From: a virus
Length of the DNA stretch: 64,000 nucleotides
IMG/VR virus record: IMGVR_UViG_3300010413_001770
Coordinates: 3,332-67,331 of that record
Direction: 5' to 3' (one strand)
In this document: one piece after another, positions 6,489-16,803 of the stretch
Numbering within the stretch: position 1 is the stretch's first letter
How the letters are laid out: each line of letters starts with the position of its first letter
Made by a program: the position numbers and the translations under genes
The notes under the pieces: generated by a model
What the model was told of the DNA's origin: nothing
Databases searched by the model: none
Seen by the model: only the letters and a program-made list of their open reading frames with translations

Positions 6489-9371
6489 CTACACCCACAC
6501 GCTCACGTCGTAGCTGTCTTCGTCATCCGGGTCGGCAAACCCGTCATCGTCGCACCAGTAGCCGGAGTTCTCCCGGGCCCACTTTTTCTCGGCGGCGGAC
6601 CAGCCGCTGTCCCACTGGTCGGCACCGACCGACGTGGTGACGTCCATCCAGCTCGGGAAGTCGTTCCCGTCCTCGACCCAGAATCCAGACCGGTCCTCGA
6701 GTCCCCGCCACGGCGAGAGCACCAACCCGACTGTCCCTCCTTTGAGATCCCGGGACACCTCGAGGACTTCGTAGATACCGGCCGGAGGGAGGAGTCGGGC
6801 ACCCGAGCTCGCGATCACCGACTGCGCGATCTCGACCGGATCTCCAGGGACGAGCTCGAACGCGCATGGAGAGACAGCCGGAAGATCCCAGATTCGCGTT
6901 GGACGGCCCCGCAACCCGACGATCCGCACCGCCCACAGACGCGCCGCCGGGCGGTTATAGAACGGGACTTCGTCCGACTCGGTCTTGTGGGCGGGCAGCC
7001 CTCCCCGGTACTTGTACTTATTCCCCGTGTGCGTGAACAGTCGCCCGCTATCCGCCGCCAGGTCCCGCCTGTAGGTCGCCGACGCGACAGTCCTCACGTC
7101 CCGGGCATCCACCTCCTCGATCGGTTCGCTCAAGATGTGGTCTTCGGTCAACCGAGCTTCCGCCACGTCTCCCGGTCTCGGCTGCCACGCACTCACGACG
7201 TATTGGCCGTCGAGATCCGTGTAGAAGACGCCGTTACACCAGGCGGCGATATCGGAGCACAGATCCACGAGATCGGTCGATTCATCTACGTAGAGGCTAA
7301 TCTCGTGGATCGGCACGCTCAGCCCGGTGGCGTCGTCCGTGCCGAGGTTCCAGTCCGACGCTGCCGCAGCAAACGCGGCCGTATCCAGATCCGCAGCCGA
7401 CCCGCCCCATGTCGAGAGCAGATCCTCGATCACGTCGGCCGGGTTGTAGATGAGCACTCCGTCTCCGTCCACGTACCCGGAGAACCACACCAGAACTTCC
7501 CCCGACACGAGCGAGCTATCCTCTTCCGCGGCGGTCGCGTCGTTTGTCCAGTTCGGAATCGTGATCGTGCCGGCGTCCAAGTCGTACGAGTACGCCACAT
7601 CGACGCTGTTGACCGTGACCCGGTCCACACTCCCGATCGAGTGATACGTCGTGTCGGCGAGCTGAAACGTCCCGGTCGTGATGTTGATGCAGATCGGCGC
7701 CGCGTTCTGGATCACGCCGTACGCGAGCGGTACGACCGAGCTTTGGCTGTCGGTGTCCATGCTCGGGTAATCGTCGCTCGAGTAGCGGTTGAGCGGAATG
7801 TTGATGCCAATCTTCTCTTTCCGGTCCTTCACGTCGAGGCGAGCGTCCGGATAGCTGGTATCCCAGCCACGGATCGCCCACACGCCTTGCGAGTAATAGT
7901 CCGCGTACGCCATTTCGATCATGTCGCCGCCGGCACCCGGGTAGTCGATCCCGAGCTTCAGATGCGCGTACCCGGCGTCCCAGTCGAGCTCCCGAATGGA
8001 GTCGAAGAACCCGTCTCCGTTCTCGAGCGTGATCGCGCCGCCACCGATCTGAGCGTCCGAACCGTCGAACAGCGGCGGGATGCGGAGGTTGATCGTGGGT
8101 GCCCCCTTGATGCGCGGCTCGTAGCTCACGGGGAGAGAATCGAGGTCGGTTCGCGTGAATACCTTCCCGACTGTGTTGGACCACTGGAATTCCACTTCCG
8201 CCTGCATGTAGTTTGACCGCGGATCGCCGCTCCCCGTCCAGGTGATCTCCCCGGTCGCCGTGTCCCAGCTCCAGTCCCCACCGTCCTGCTCGACACCATT
8301 CTTGAATAGCCGCGTGACGATCCACTCGAGCGCGGTACACGTGTAGCTGCCGTCGGAGTTCTCGACCCAGTAGGGAATGTGTTGCCGGGCCCGGACCTCG
8401 GCCAGGAACACTCGAGTCGCGTTCGTGGCGCACAGAATGCTCGTGTCCCCAGGAGTGGGGGAGGGGGAGCTCGACGGGGACGCACTCGGCGTGGCAGAGG
8501 GCGACGTGGACGGCGTCCCCGACGGGGTGCCGCTCGGACTCGACGAGGGTGTAACGGACGGGGATACGCTTGGGGTACCGCTTGGACTCGACGACGGACT
8601 GCTGCTCGGCGTTTCCGAGGGACTGGAGGACGGACTGGAGCTAGGAGTCGCAGACGGGGACGCCGAGGGGCTTGCAGACGGGGAGCTCGACGGGGACGCA
8701 CTCGGGCTCGTGCTGGGGGTCCCGGAGGGGGAGACACTGGGACTCGCGCTGGGGGTCCCAGACGGAGAGGACGACGGCGTCCCAGACGGGCTTGAGCTCG
8801 GCGACGAGGATGGAGTCCCAGACGGAGAGGACGACGGCGTGCTCGATGGCGTGACACTCGGGCTCGCACTCGGCGTACCAGACGGACTCGAACTAGGTGT
8901 TCCGGAGGGGCTTGAGCTAGGGGTTACGCTCGGGCTAGCAGATGGACTTGAGCTGGCAGTGGATTCTAATAATTCCCACTCAGTTCCTACTGAGTCGTTG
9001 TTCCCTGGTGTTCCGTACACCCGATACCACTGATACGATACCGAGTTAGAAAACGCGATTTCATCCCAGCCGGATGTTTGAGTTAGCCCGGCCAGGGATG
9101 TTAGCGTATCCCAATCACCGTCGACACCATCCGTTGAATTGTTTGATCCCTGTAGGCTAGCGGACTGATAGTTGTCTCTGGCTTGCTGATTAAGAATGTG
9201 TAACCGAATCGTGTTGACTATAGCTGCGTTTGACTCCAGGTCAATAGCGATATATGAGAAATTCTGAATATACGTCCCAGTATCATTATCCGATATGAGC
9301 GTGCCATCGGTATGACCCGGGAAGGTTGCATTCGTGTAGTGAGGGTACGCTGCGTTGGTAACGTCTGCCAC
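6489..9371 (-). CDS. Baseplate hub/tail-tip protein with an N-terminal discoidin-like domain and a Ser/Pro-rich linker
   Basis: 960 aa. N-terminal F5/8-like domain (LQGSNN...W...YQWYR), then (SPSS/TPSS/SPSG)n, then a hub-like body (VPLAYGVIQNAAPICI, NPADVIEDLL). Confidence 0.75.
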   Translation of the reverse strand: MADVTNAAYPHYTNATFPGHTDGTLISDNDTGTYIQNFSYIAIDLESNAAIVNTIRLHILNQQARDNYQSASLQGSNNSTDGVDGDWDTLTSLAGLTQTSGWDEIAFSNSVSYQWYRVYGTPGNNDSVGTEWELLESTASSSPSASPSVTPSSSPSGTPSSSPSGTPSASPSVTPSSTPSSSPSGTPSSSPSSSPSGTPSSSPSGTPSASPSVSPSGTPSTSPSASPSSSPSASPSASPSATPSSSPSSSPSETPSSSPSSSPSGTPSVSPSVTPSSSPSGTPSGTPSTSPSATPSASPSSSPSPTPGDTSILCATNATRVFLAEVRARQHIPYWVENSDGSYTCTALEWIVTRLFKNGVEQDGGDWSWDTATGEITWTGSGDPRSNYMQAEVEFQWSNTVGKVFTRTDLDSLPVSYEPRIKGAPTINLRIPPLFDGSDAQIGGGAITLENGDGFFDSIRELDWDAGYAHLKLGIDYPGAGGDMIEMAYADYYSQGVWAIRGWDTSYPDARLDVKDRKEKIGINIPLNRYSSDDYPSMDTDSQSSVVPLAYGVIQNAAPICINITTGTFQLADTTYHSIGSVDRVTVNSVDVAYSYDLDAGTITIPNWTNDATAAEEDSSLVSGEVLVWFSGYVDGDGVLIYNPADVIEDLLSTWGGSAADLDTAAFAAAASDWNLGTDDATGLSVPIHEISLYVDESTDLVDLCSDIAAWCNGVFYTDLDGQYVVSAWQPRPGDVAEARLTEDHILSEPIEEVDARDVRTVASATYRRDLAADSGRLFTHTGNKYKYRGGLPAHKTESDEVPFYNRPAARLWAVRIVGLRGRPTRIWDLPAVSPCAFELVPGDPVEIAQSVIASSGARLLPPAGIYEVLEVSRDLKGGTVGLVLSPWRGLEDRSGFWVEDGNDFPSWMDVTTSVGADQWDSGWSAAEKKWARENSGYWCDDDGFADPDDEDSYDVSVWV
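8452..8958 (-). repeat. Coding tetrapeptide repeat (SPSS/TPSS/SPSG)n, about 170 aa
   Basis: Visible in the translation of 6489..9371. Confidence 0.95.
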
Positions 9372-10147
9372 TAGAAGGGTTCCTCAGTGAGCTCGAGAGC
9401 TAAATCCCACAAGTGGTCTGTACCTGACCCGCCGTAGTACCGGTGGACTCGCTCTCTCAAGTTGCTGAGCTTCCCGAACCACAGCCACTCGGCCGGGTAA
9501 TTCGTCGGGTCGGCTGCCAACCACACGGGGATACTGGTCCCCATCGCGTCGACCATGTCCTTGAACTCGTCGTACGTCGCTTGCGCCGCAGTAGAGAATT
9601 CCACGCGGACCTGTTCGATTTTCGGTCGGATATCGGTCCAGGTCGGGCCACCGATCGACCGACTCGTTACAGAGAGGTCAACCGGCTGGATGACGAACCC
9701 CCCTTGGTCGATCGCGCGCGACGGCTCAAAGTAGGGGCCGAGGAACATCCGGCCGAACCGGCGCCGCTCCCCGGCGGACGATTTGGTGAAGATGAACCGC
9801 CAGTATCGGAGTGCTTGCGGACTCGCGATGTAGTGGATGAGCTTGTCCGCCGTGAAGGTGATCGTTTCGTTCACGGTGGGGGAGCCCCAGCTGTCCGACG
9901 AGTGCCCCTGGAGCTTGATCAGGGAGTCCCCGCTCGTGAGCGTGTGCGCCACGGCGGCAAACACGGTCGGCGTCATCGCAGACCCAAGATCGATCACGAG
10001 CGTCTCAGCTGCAGTCGAGTTCCCCGTCTGCCACACGCGGCTCAAGAGGTCGTCCTGCAGGTTGGATGCTGCCCCCCGAAACGTCGCGCTCGAAGCGGTC
10101 AGATCAGCGTCGTCAAACCAATTATCCCACAGCAGTCGTGCCGGCAT
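9371..10147 (-). CDS. Distal tail (Dit)-like protein
   Basis: Directly after the tape measure gene; beta-rich, 258 aa, C-terminal LALELTEE. Confidence 0.65.
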   Translation of the reverse strand: MPARLLWDNWFDDADLTASSATFRGAASNLQDDLLSRVWQTGNSTAAETLVIDLGSAMTPTVFAAVAHTLTSGDSLIKLQGHSSDSWGSPTVNETITFTADKLIHYIASPQALRYWRFIFTKSSAGERRRFGRMFLGPYFEPSRAIDQGGFVIQPVDLSVTSRSIGGPTWTDIRPKIEQVRVEFSTAAQATYDEFKDMVDAMGTSIPVWLAADPTNYPAEWLWFGKLSNLRERVHRYYGGSGTDHLWDLALELTEEPF

Positions 10148-10148
10148 G

Positions 10149-12344
10149 TCAGCGCCTCGTCACGAGCGGGAGACGACCCTCTCGGGTCATGTCGACCAAC
10201 ACTTCCCCGAGGACGCGGTCGTTGAGGACGAGCTGGACGGGGCGGTCCCGGCCCCCCTGCATGAATTCCGTCAGATCCCGGTTCTGGTCGCGGGAGAGGA
10301 TACGCTCCCCACCTTCGACGCTCACCATGGAGCGGCCGGGAGGCGTTTCCGTGAGCCCCGTATCCGCCATCGCCTTCGAGAAGATAAGTGCACTCAGCGC
10401 GATTGCCGCCAACCCGGCCGCGAGACCAGTCGCGAGAGCGCCCCAACCGATTGCCGGGGCGTCGTGCCGCGCCGTCCCGGTAGCGACCAGTGCGGCGTTC
10501 TGCGCCGTCTCCTCCGCGAACAGCGCTCGCTTGATCGCCATCATGGTCTCAGTCGTCAGAAGCCACTTGACCGCGATCGAGACCAGAGACTGAATCACTT
10601 GCGCCGCGATCGATTTGAAGAGGTTCTTCATGGAGTCGGCGAACGATTCTCCGTAGACGATCATCTGAGCGAACGCAGATCCTATCCCGCTAACCATTGA
10701 CGACCCTAGTTGTTCTATTTCTCTCCGTATGTCCAAAACTGTCAACTGTACACTATTCGCCCACTCTAGCCATGTCGGTATACTCTCTTCTACTCTGGTA
10801 TTTAATTGTAGTACTCCAAGCTCAGACAGCTCCCCAATCCCTTGAAGTGCTAACTCTGCGTTTTTTGCTAATTCTCCCATCCCTTCATTTAGTCTATCAA
10901 CTACCACGAGAGTCGCCCCACCGGGCATCTCGTGGGGAAAATTCTGCTCAAACGCTTGCGGTTGGATTCCTGGGGGTCTCAACTGCCCCTGGACCGGTTC
11001 AATCCAAAGAGTTTCTGTTATCCCTTCGATCGGTTTAGCGTTTTTGGCCTTTTCTATACTGGCGACAAGTCTGTCAACAGCAGACGTGATTGAATCGAAC
11101 TGACCAGGTAAAGACTCCAAACTCTTTGACAAATCATTAAATGTATCTACAAACTCATCTCCTTTTTCCGATAATTTTGGTTCCAATATCTCCAGTGTTT
11201 TTCTGTTTACATCATCCAGCTTTTTCAAGTACTTATCAGGTACGAACTTTCTCCACCAAGCGTCCTTATCTAGTGCGTCATTTATATCTTCTATACTATT
11301 TTTGATAGCGCCCGCTTGGAGACCCTTAAACCCAAGAGACACCATCTGATACCCGGCTTTTATGGCCAGAAGAGACTTAAGGAATATCCCTGCCGCCTCC
11401 ACCATAATCCTAAACGATTCTAGAACTACTTTAGCTGTATCGGCAGCCCACCGTTTGAGAGTCCCGTCTCGAATCCACTGGTCGGTCTGATCAATGAATT
11501 TACGTAACTCTTCTTGCATGACTTGGAATGGTCCTGACTCCATAACAAAGCGACCGAACCGCTCCCAATTAGCCCGAAGTCTGGAAACTAATCCAGTCCA
11601 TTTCGTCCCTACTTCGGCGGCGGCCCCTCCAGCGATCTTCTGCATACCGACAAACAACGCGTCCAGTGCCATTTTCGCGGTAATCCCTGCCCGCGTGAGG
11701 TTTTTGAATTCTTCTCCGGATAACCCCAACTCTTCCGTCAGGATCTGCATCGCCGGGACGCCGCGGTCCGCCAACTGCCGGAGCTCCTGCGCTTCCAGTT
11801 TCCCCTTCGCCGCGATCTGACCCATCGCTCGGCTGATACCCTCGAGTGTATCCCACTTCCCTCCTAACGCAGTCGCGATATCCAGAATAGTCCGCATCTG
11901 ATCCATCGTCGGCTTGAGCCCCATCGCCGACATGGTCCGGAATGCCATCGCCGCTTTGTTGACGGAGATGGGAAGACCGATCGTCGCTTGATCGATGGCG
12001 CTGAAGACATCAGCTCCATGACCTTTGGTGAGGGTGTCCAAGACAATCCGCATCTCAGCGGCGGAAGCGGCAGACTCGAGAAACGATTCTCCAATCTTTA
12101 CGACCGTATTCTTGAGAGCCCGCAAGCCGATATATGTTCCAGCCAACTTGAGAACGGACCCAGTAAGAGATCGAACAGCGCGTTCTGTTCCACGAGCTCC
12201 CGTATCCATACTTCGGAAAGCCGCTGCAGATCGGCCAGCACTACGAGTGACCGTTCGCTCCAGACGTCGAAGGTCTGCTTCCACACGACTCAGGTCTGCC
12301 CGGACGTCGATCCACAACCGCCCCAGACTGCCGTCAGACGCCAT
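10149..12344 (-). CDS. Tape measure protein
   Basis: Start MASDGSLGRLWIDVRAD; tape-measure domain (ISRAMGQIAAKGKLEAQELRQLADRGVPA); Ala-rich and helical, 731 aa. Confidence 0.92.
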   Translation of the reverse strand: MASDGSLGRLWIDVRADLSRVEADLRRLERTVTRSAGRSAAAFRSMDTGARGTERAVRSLTGSVLKLAGTYIGLRALKNTVVKIGESFLESAASAAEMRIVLDTLTKGHGADVFSAIDQATIGLPISVNKAAMAFRTMSAMGLKPTMDQMRTILDIATALGGKWDTLEGISRAMGQIAAKGKLEAQELRQLADRGVPAMQILTEELGLSGEEFKNLTRAGITAKMALDALFVGMQKIAGGAAAEVGTKWTGLVSRLRANWERFGRFVMESGPFQVMQEELRKFIDQTDQWIRDGTLKRWAADTAKVVLESFRIMVEAAGIFLKSLLAIKAGYQMVSLGFKGLQAGAIKNSIEDINDALDKDAWWRKFVPDKYLKKLDDVNRKTLEILEPKLSEKGDEFVDTFNDLSKSLESLPGQFDSITSAVDRLVASIEKAKNAKPIEGITETLWIEPVQGQLRPPGIQPQAFEQNFPHEMPGGATLVVVDRLNEGMGELAKNAELALQGIGELSELGVLQLNTRVEESIPTWLEWANSVQLTVLDIRREIEQLGSSMVSGIGSAFAQMIVYGESFADSMKNLFKSIAAQVIQSLVSIAVKWLLTTETMMAIKRALFAEETAQNAALVATGTARHDAPAIGWGALATGLAAGLAAIALSALIFSKAMADTGLTETPPGRSMVSVEGGERILSRDQNRDLTEFMQGGRDRPVQLVLNDRVLGEVLVDMTREGRLPLVTRR

Positions 12345-12743
12345 TCTCGCCTCCTGTACCCATTCTCCCCTCCACCCCCATTCCCGCCTTCTCTCGCTCG
12401 ATGATCCGCCCTTCATGCGCAATCGTGATCATCTTGGCGAGCCGCTTCATCCGCTCGACATCTGCTTCCCGGTCCGCCTTGATCGGGACGCCGAGAAGGA
12501 AATCAGACGGCTTCCACTTCTTGCCGCCGGATTTTCGGAGCGCGTTATACACCGCCGCTGTGAGTTGGCCGATCCGGTAGTCCGCCCGCTCCTCGCCGAA
12601 GGGCTCGAGCTCATAGTAGATCAGCCAATCCAGCAACTGCTGCCACGTGAGCGCCTCCAGAAGGTAGTCCGGATGCGGGAACCCGAGCGCGAGCGCGATC
12701 CGGAAGTAGATTCGTCGTCTCGGGTCCTCCCTCAGTTTTTTTT
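12334..12743 (-). CDS. Tail assembly chaperone, -1 frameshift extension (lambda gpT-like, DUF4035-type)
   Basis: The -1 frame after the A-run reads KKLREDPRRRIYFRIALALGFPHPDYLLEALTWQQLLDWLIYYELEPFGEERAD. Confidence 0.8.
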
Positions 12744-13106
12744 GGCGTCGTCGAGCTCCGCTTCGGTGATCCCGCCGAGCTCCTGGCCGGCCTCGAAGAT
12801 CCGCTGAATGGGCGCCAAGGACTTTTCTCGCAAGAGCTCGACGTCCTTATCCGTGAACAAGCGTTTCCCGTCTGAGTCCACCACGATCCGGGAGACGAAC
12901 CACGTCCGGATCTCGGGAGGAACGCCCTCCGTCCCGGTTGTTCTCTGATAGTCGAGCACGCGGAGGCCCATCTCTTCCATGACACCGGCGGAAGGCTGAC
13001 GCACGAGGACGGCGACGGCGTCTCCGTCGGCCCATTCTGGGCACGGGACTTCCACGGTCTTCAGGTCGCTTGCTTGGATGATCTGTTCTCGGGTCAGGTA
13101 TCCCAT
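12732..13106 (-). CDS. Tail assembly chaperone (lambda gpG-like)
   Basis: MGYLTREQIIQASDLKTVEVPCPEW...DAKKN; GAGGAGG RBS; ends at a slippery site. Confidence 0.85.
   Translation of the reverse strand: MGYLTREQIIQASDLKTVEVPCPEWADGDAVAVLVRQPSAGVMEEMGLRVLDYQRTTGTEGVPPEIRTWFVSRIVVDSDGKRLFTDKDVELLREKSLAPIQRIFEAGQELGGITEAELDDAKKN
12735..12743 (-). other. Programmed -1 frameshift slippery site (A AAA AAC)
   Basis: GCC AAA AAA AAC TGA on the minus strand, between the tail tube and tape measure genes. Confidence 0.85.
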
Positions 13107-13153
13107 CTGTAGCTTCCTCCTCAGTTGGTGGATGATCAGGGTCGGCACCACGA

Positions 13154-14251
13154 CTAAGACAACGGTCCGGACTCAAAGTACTTACACTGAGACTGTAGCG
13201 TATTCCAATTACTGGTAATAGTAATACCTGGAGATCCGGCGGAACTCACGTATGTATTACCATTCCCGTCTACTGAATAGTCATCCAAGTCGAACACTTT
13301 CACAGAATCCAGATAACATCGTACGTTTCTCCCTTCAACTTCTATTTTCATGTCGTGCTCATCTGATAACGGCCACTCATAGGTACTACCCGCTTGCCAC
13401 TCTAATACAGCTTCTGGATCGCCTGAACTGGTCGCTTTCCTCCACCGGATCAATGAAAACCGCCCAACGTTGGAAAAGTTGTCCAAAATCTTCCACACGA
13501 AGGCGTACAGATCATCGGTTGGACTTCCGACTTCTCCGGACCCGATAGCCCGAGCCAATACTCCGAAGAAATCTCCCCCTAGTCCAGCTCCAGCTCGAAG
13601 AAACGTCCCCAACGTGTAATAGTCAGCCGACGAGTCAACCTCTTCCGCCCAGTAGTAACTCTCACCGTAAGAATCAAACGCAGACTCATTCGTGGCATAC
13701 AGTAGAATAGCAGATCGTTTCGGCGGAGTTTGAAATGTACTATATGTCCAGGATTGGCCACTATCCATAGTGTGGTCGATCAGATCCGTATTGGTAGCAC
13801 CGACAAAGTTATCGTAGTAACTATCCGCTACTGGAGGAGTTGGAGGAACAACTATAGGTCCTGGCTTACCATCAATCTTTATATCTACTCTACAAATCAC
13901 CTCCTCGCCGAGATCTGCCACCACGTCGACATTAACCACGAACCCGTCGAGAGTAAACGCGTCCCCCGACTGGAGGTCGAGCGTGTAGTCCTCCGGGTCG
14001 TCGCTCTCCAACCCGTCGATGAAATCCTCATACTCTGTTCTCAGGAAATTGAGCGCGAGAGCTAGGCTTCCACCGTCCCGCATGCCGGCGATGAACTCGC
14101 GGTAGCCGCCGTCCGAGTCCATGTTCGTGACGTCGATCAGGTCTACTGCGCGCCCGTTCCAGCTCAAGTCCACAATCTCGGCAATCAGAGCCCCGCCGCT
14201 CCCAAACCCGAGCGTGGAGTTCTTGCCCGCTAGTGCACTCGAACGCGCCAT
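13154..14251 (-). CDS. Second tail tube paralog with a C-terminal lectin-like domain
   Basis: The N-terminal ~125 aa are clearly similar to 14407..14811 (MARSSA.AGK, VTNMDSDGGY.E.I...DGG), followed by a PPTPP linker and a ConA-like domain. Confidence 0.85.
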   Translation of the reverse strand: MARSSALAGKNSTLGFGSGGALIAEIVDLSWNGRAVDLIDVTNMDSDGGYREFIAGMRDGGSLALALNFLRTEYEDFIDGLESDDPEDYTLDLQSGDAFTLDGFVVNVDVVADLGEEVICRVDIKIDGKPGPIVVPPTPPVADSYYDNFVGATNTDLIDHTMDSGQSWTYSTFQTPPKRSAILLYATNESAFDSYGESYYWAEEVDSSADYYTLGTFLRAGAGLGGDFFGVLARAIGSGEVGSPTDDLYAFVWKILDNFSNVGRFSLIRWRKATSSGDPEAVLEWQAGSTYEWPLSDEHDMKIEVEGRNVRCYLDSVKVFDLDDYSVDGNGNTYVSSAGSPGITITSNWNTLQSQCKYFESGPLS

Positions 14252-14406
14252 CCGACCTCCTGCTACCGCTACCACTACCGCCGCCGATCCTCAAAAAACC
14301 GCCCACCCCTACCCTCCGACGGGCCGAGGTACTGGAGAGCGAAAGGAGGGAACCCTCGTTCCCCCGGCCGCATTCGGACGTCCCAGGAGGATCGGTGCTT
14401 ACGTCA

Positions 14407-14811
14407 TCATGTCGTCATGGTCGGCTGGCCCGTGATCTTGAACGTCACGGTACACAGGACAGCGTCGTCCATCGAGGACTGAATGTCGACATTCGTCACG
14501 AAGGCCGAGAAGTCGAACTCGGTCGCTCCGGAATCCCCGAAGATGATTTGGTAGGACTGCGGATCGTCCGACTCGAGGTCCACGATCAGGTCGTCGTACT
14601 CGTCTCGAATCCAGTTGAGATCGATCGACACCTCGCCGCCGTCCTTGAACGTGCTGATCCACTCCTTGTAGCCGCCGTCCGAGTCCATATTCGTCACTTC
14701 GGCCAGATCGCGGGCTCTCCCAGTCCAGTTGATGTTCTTCACCTCGGCGACGATGGTCGATCCGCGGTAGAAATCGGTGCTCTTTCCTGCGATTGCGCTT
14801 GACCTTGCCAT
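14407..14811 (-). CDS. Major tail tube protein
   Basis: 134 aa; EVTNMDSDGGYKEWISTFKDGGEVSIDLNW and TVTFKITGQP are siphovirus tail-tube motifs. Confidence 0.88.
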   Translation of the reverse strand: MARSSAIAGKSTDFYRGSTIVAEVKNINWTGRARDLAEVTNMDSDGGYKEWISTFKDGGEVSIDLNWIRDEYDDLIVDLESDDPQSYQIIFGDSGATEFDFSAFVTNVDIQSSMDDAVLCTVTFKITGQPTMTT

Positions 14812-14844
14812 TGTGCGCGCCTCCTCGGCCGAGTCCCTGCCCGG

Positions 14845-15258
14845 CTAGACAGATGGTGTGCGGTGAATGCGGAACGAAAGCAGGTAAACGGGTCGGTCTA
14901 CCTCGTCGTAGGTCACGAGCTGGATAGAGGAGGTCGGCCAGATCGCGATGTAGGTGGAGTTTCCCCAGGATTCGGCGGTCACGAGGCGGAGGACGTCCCA
15001 GATCGCCTTGGCGGTCGCGTAGGCGGTCTGAGCCCCGGTATTGCGGACGCCGCGGACGCGGATGTTGACGACGGGGCGCTCGTATTCGTACTCGGAGCGG
15101 CCATCCGGGTCAAACCCGGCGACGTCAAATACCGTGACGGCTGCGTCGGGGGAGGCCGGTTCGCGATGGACGAAGAGCTCCGTTCCGAGCGTCAGAGCCA
15201 GACCGGAGTCGTCCGCCAGCATGAGTGCCACGTCGTACGCCGGAGAGTTGGCCGTCAT
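14845..15258 (-). CDS. Tail terminator protein
   Basis: Position before the tail tube; YERPVVNIRVRG and DEVDRPVYLLSFRI motifs. Confidence 0.75.
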   Translation of the reverse strand: MTANSPAYDVALMLADDSGLALTLGTELFVHREPASPDAAVTVFDVAGFDPDGRSEYEYERPVVNIRVRGVRNTGAQTAYATAKAIWDVLRLVTAESWGNSTYIAIWPTSSIQLVTYDEVDRPVYLLSFRIHRTPSV

Positions 15259-15764
15259 CTCTCAGCCCCCCGCATCCGAGTGATTGCCCGACTGAGCGCG
15301 ACCCGGATGTCTCGACCGATCCGGCTATAGTTGGTCATGAACGCCGTCCAGAGGAACGCATACCCGGGCCGGGCATGAACCGCCGGAGCATACACCGCCG
15401 AGTACCCCGCCATGCCGCTGATTTTCGCGCTCGCCATGAGTTGCCGATTCCGGACCTTGTGGGCCGCAATCATCGCCGCGTGCTGGCCAATCATCTCCGG
15501 CATCGTGGGGAGGCCGCGGCCCATGCGGGGGACGAACGCCCCGTCGGATTCCACGCGTCCATCCGGAGCGGCGGTAGCGAATGCCGAAGCGCGCAGGTTC
15601 CCCTGGTCGACCGGCGTCGCGACCCGGGCCGCCCGCCGGATATCGTTCACTCCGTTCCAGATCGGCTCGGCCACCTCTTTGATCATGTTGTCCACGACCC
15701 GGACGCTGTTCTCGCGAATCCCCTCGAGCCGCACGTGTACCGTGAACCGAGCCCCGGCTGGCAT
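15255..15764 (-). CDS. HK97 gp10-like tail completion/neck protein
   Basis: TPVDQGNLRASA and GYSAVYAPAVH motifs; coupled start (TGATG). Confidence 0.75.
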   Translation of the reverse strand: MPAGARFTVHVRLEGIRENSVRVVDNMIKEVAEPIWNGVNDIRRAARVATPVDQGNLRASAFATAAPDGRVESDGAFVPRMGRGLPTMPEMIGQHAAMIAAHKVRNRQLMASAKISGMAGYSAVYAPAVHARPGYAFLWTAFMTNYSRIGRDIRVALSRAITRMRGAER

Positions 15765-16114
15765 CAGAGAATCGCTTTCCGGACCGTGATCGTCCCGGCT
15801 ACGTTCGGCGTGGACTGGTAGACGCGGATTGCGTACGCGGCGGCGAGGAGCATCGGGTTGGTGATCTCCTCCGCGCTCAAGCTCGAGAGGCTTCCCTTCC
15901 AGAGAACACCCCCGACCTCGAGTTCCTGGTCGGCATGCACGATCGACCGAGAGACGAACGTGTCTCCCATACTGGTCTGGAAGCGCTCCGCCTTGTCGAC
16001 CCACCGACCAGTGATCTCGACCGGCGTGTCATACGTGTAGCCGCCCGTCCCGTCCGGGGTGGGCGCCGCCCAATACACCAACGCGTGAATCAGATAACGG
16101 TCGACCCAGCTCAT
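15764..16114 (-). CDS. Head-closure (stopper) protein
   Basis: VYWAAPTPDGTGGYTYDTPVEITGRW motif; 116 aa; position in the neck module. Confidence 0.72.
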   Translation of the reverse strand: MSWVDRYLIHALVYWAAPTPDGTGGYTYDTPVEITGRWVDKAERFQTSMGDTFVSRSIVHADQELEVGGVLWKGSLSSLSAEEITNPMLLAAAYAIRVYQSTPNVAGTITVRKAIL

Positions 16115-16803
16115 GCGCCAACCTTCCCGTGCCACAACTGGTTGTCCATAAAGTCTCGCACGGCAGGCCCGTTCCAAGCAAGTTCCGCCCACTCGATCAC
16201 GGACTGGAGCTCCCCAAGATCCCCGCCGAGGGCTCGCGCCGGCCACACTTCCCGGAAATCGATTCCGGAGAACCGTTCCCCGGTCGTCAGGTCCCGGATG
16301 ATCTCGAGTTGCCGGTCGACCCAGACACGCCACTCTTCCCGGGTCTGGTACGCCCGCATGAACGCAGTCCGCAAGCAGGAGGACACAACGTCGTCCGGGT
16401 CCCGGCGGACGATCACCCACCGAGCCGTCGGGAACGCCTCCGCCCACTCCGGCCACACGAGGAGCATTTTTGGCTCTTTGTAGAACCAAGGGCCACTCAC
16501 GTACCCTTGCCGGCGAATAATCTCCAGGACGTCGCCGCGGAGATCCGGATAGGACGCTAACCGGTAGATGTCCGGAAAGCCGCGCTGGCCGAGTGGGTCC
16601 GCCCCCATTCTCCGAAAGTAGGGCTTGATGGTCCGGTTCCGGATCTCGTTGTTCTCGAACATCCCCTTCCGGTTGTGCTTACTCGGTCCTACGAGCTCCC
16701 CTCCCCAGGCGCCACACAGTTGAATAATCCCAGCAACCAGGCTGGTGCCCGACCGCGGCATCCCGGTGATCAGAATCGGCCGGCACGTGTGCGTTCGGTC
16801 CAT
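16111..16803 (-). CDS. PAPS-dependent sulfotransferase
   Basis: ILITGMPRSGTS (5'-PSB loop), KEPK, and IVRRDPDDVVSS (3'-PB motif). Confidence 0.85.
   Translation of the reverse strand: MDRTHTCRPILITGMPRSGTSLVAGIIQLCGAWGGELVGPSKHNRKGMFENNEIRNRTIKPYFRRMGADPLGQRGFPDIYRLASYPDLRGDVLEIIRRQGYVSGPWFYKEPKMLLVWPEWAEAFPTARWVIVRRDPDDVVSSCLRTAFMRAYQTREEWRVWVDRQLEIIRDLTTGERFSGIDFREVWPARALGGDLGELQSVIEWAELAWNGPAVRDFMDNQLWHGKVGA

Noticed and set aside
12732-12743. Apparent frameshift or pseudogene in the tail chaperone
   Set aside because: This is the well-known programmed -1 frameshift of long-tailed phages, neither novel nor an error.
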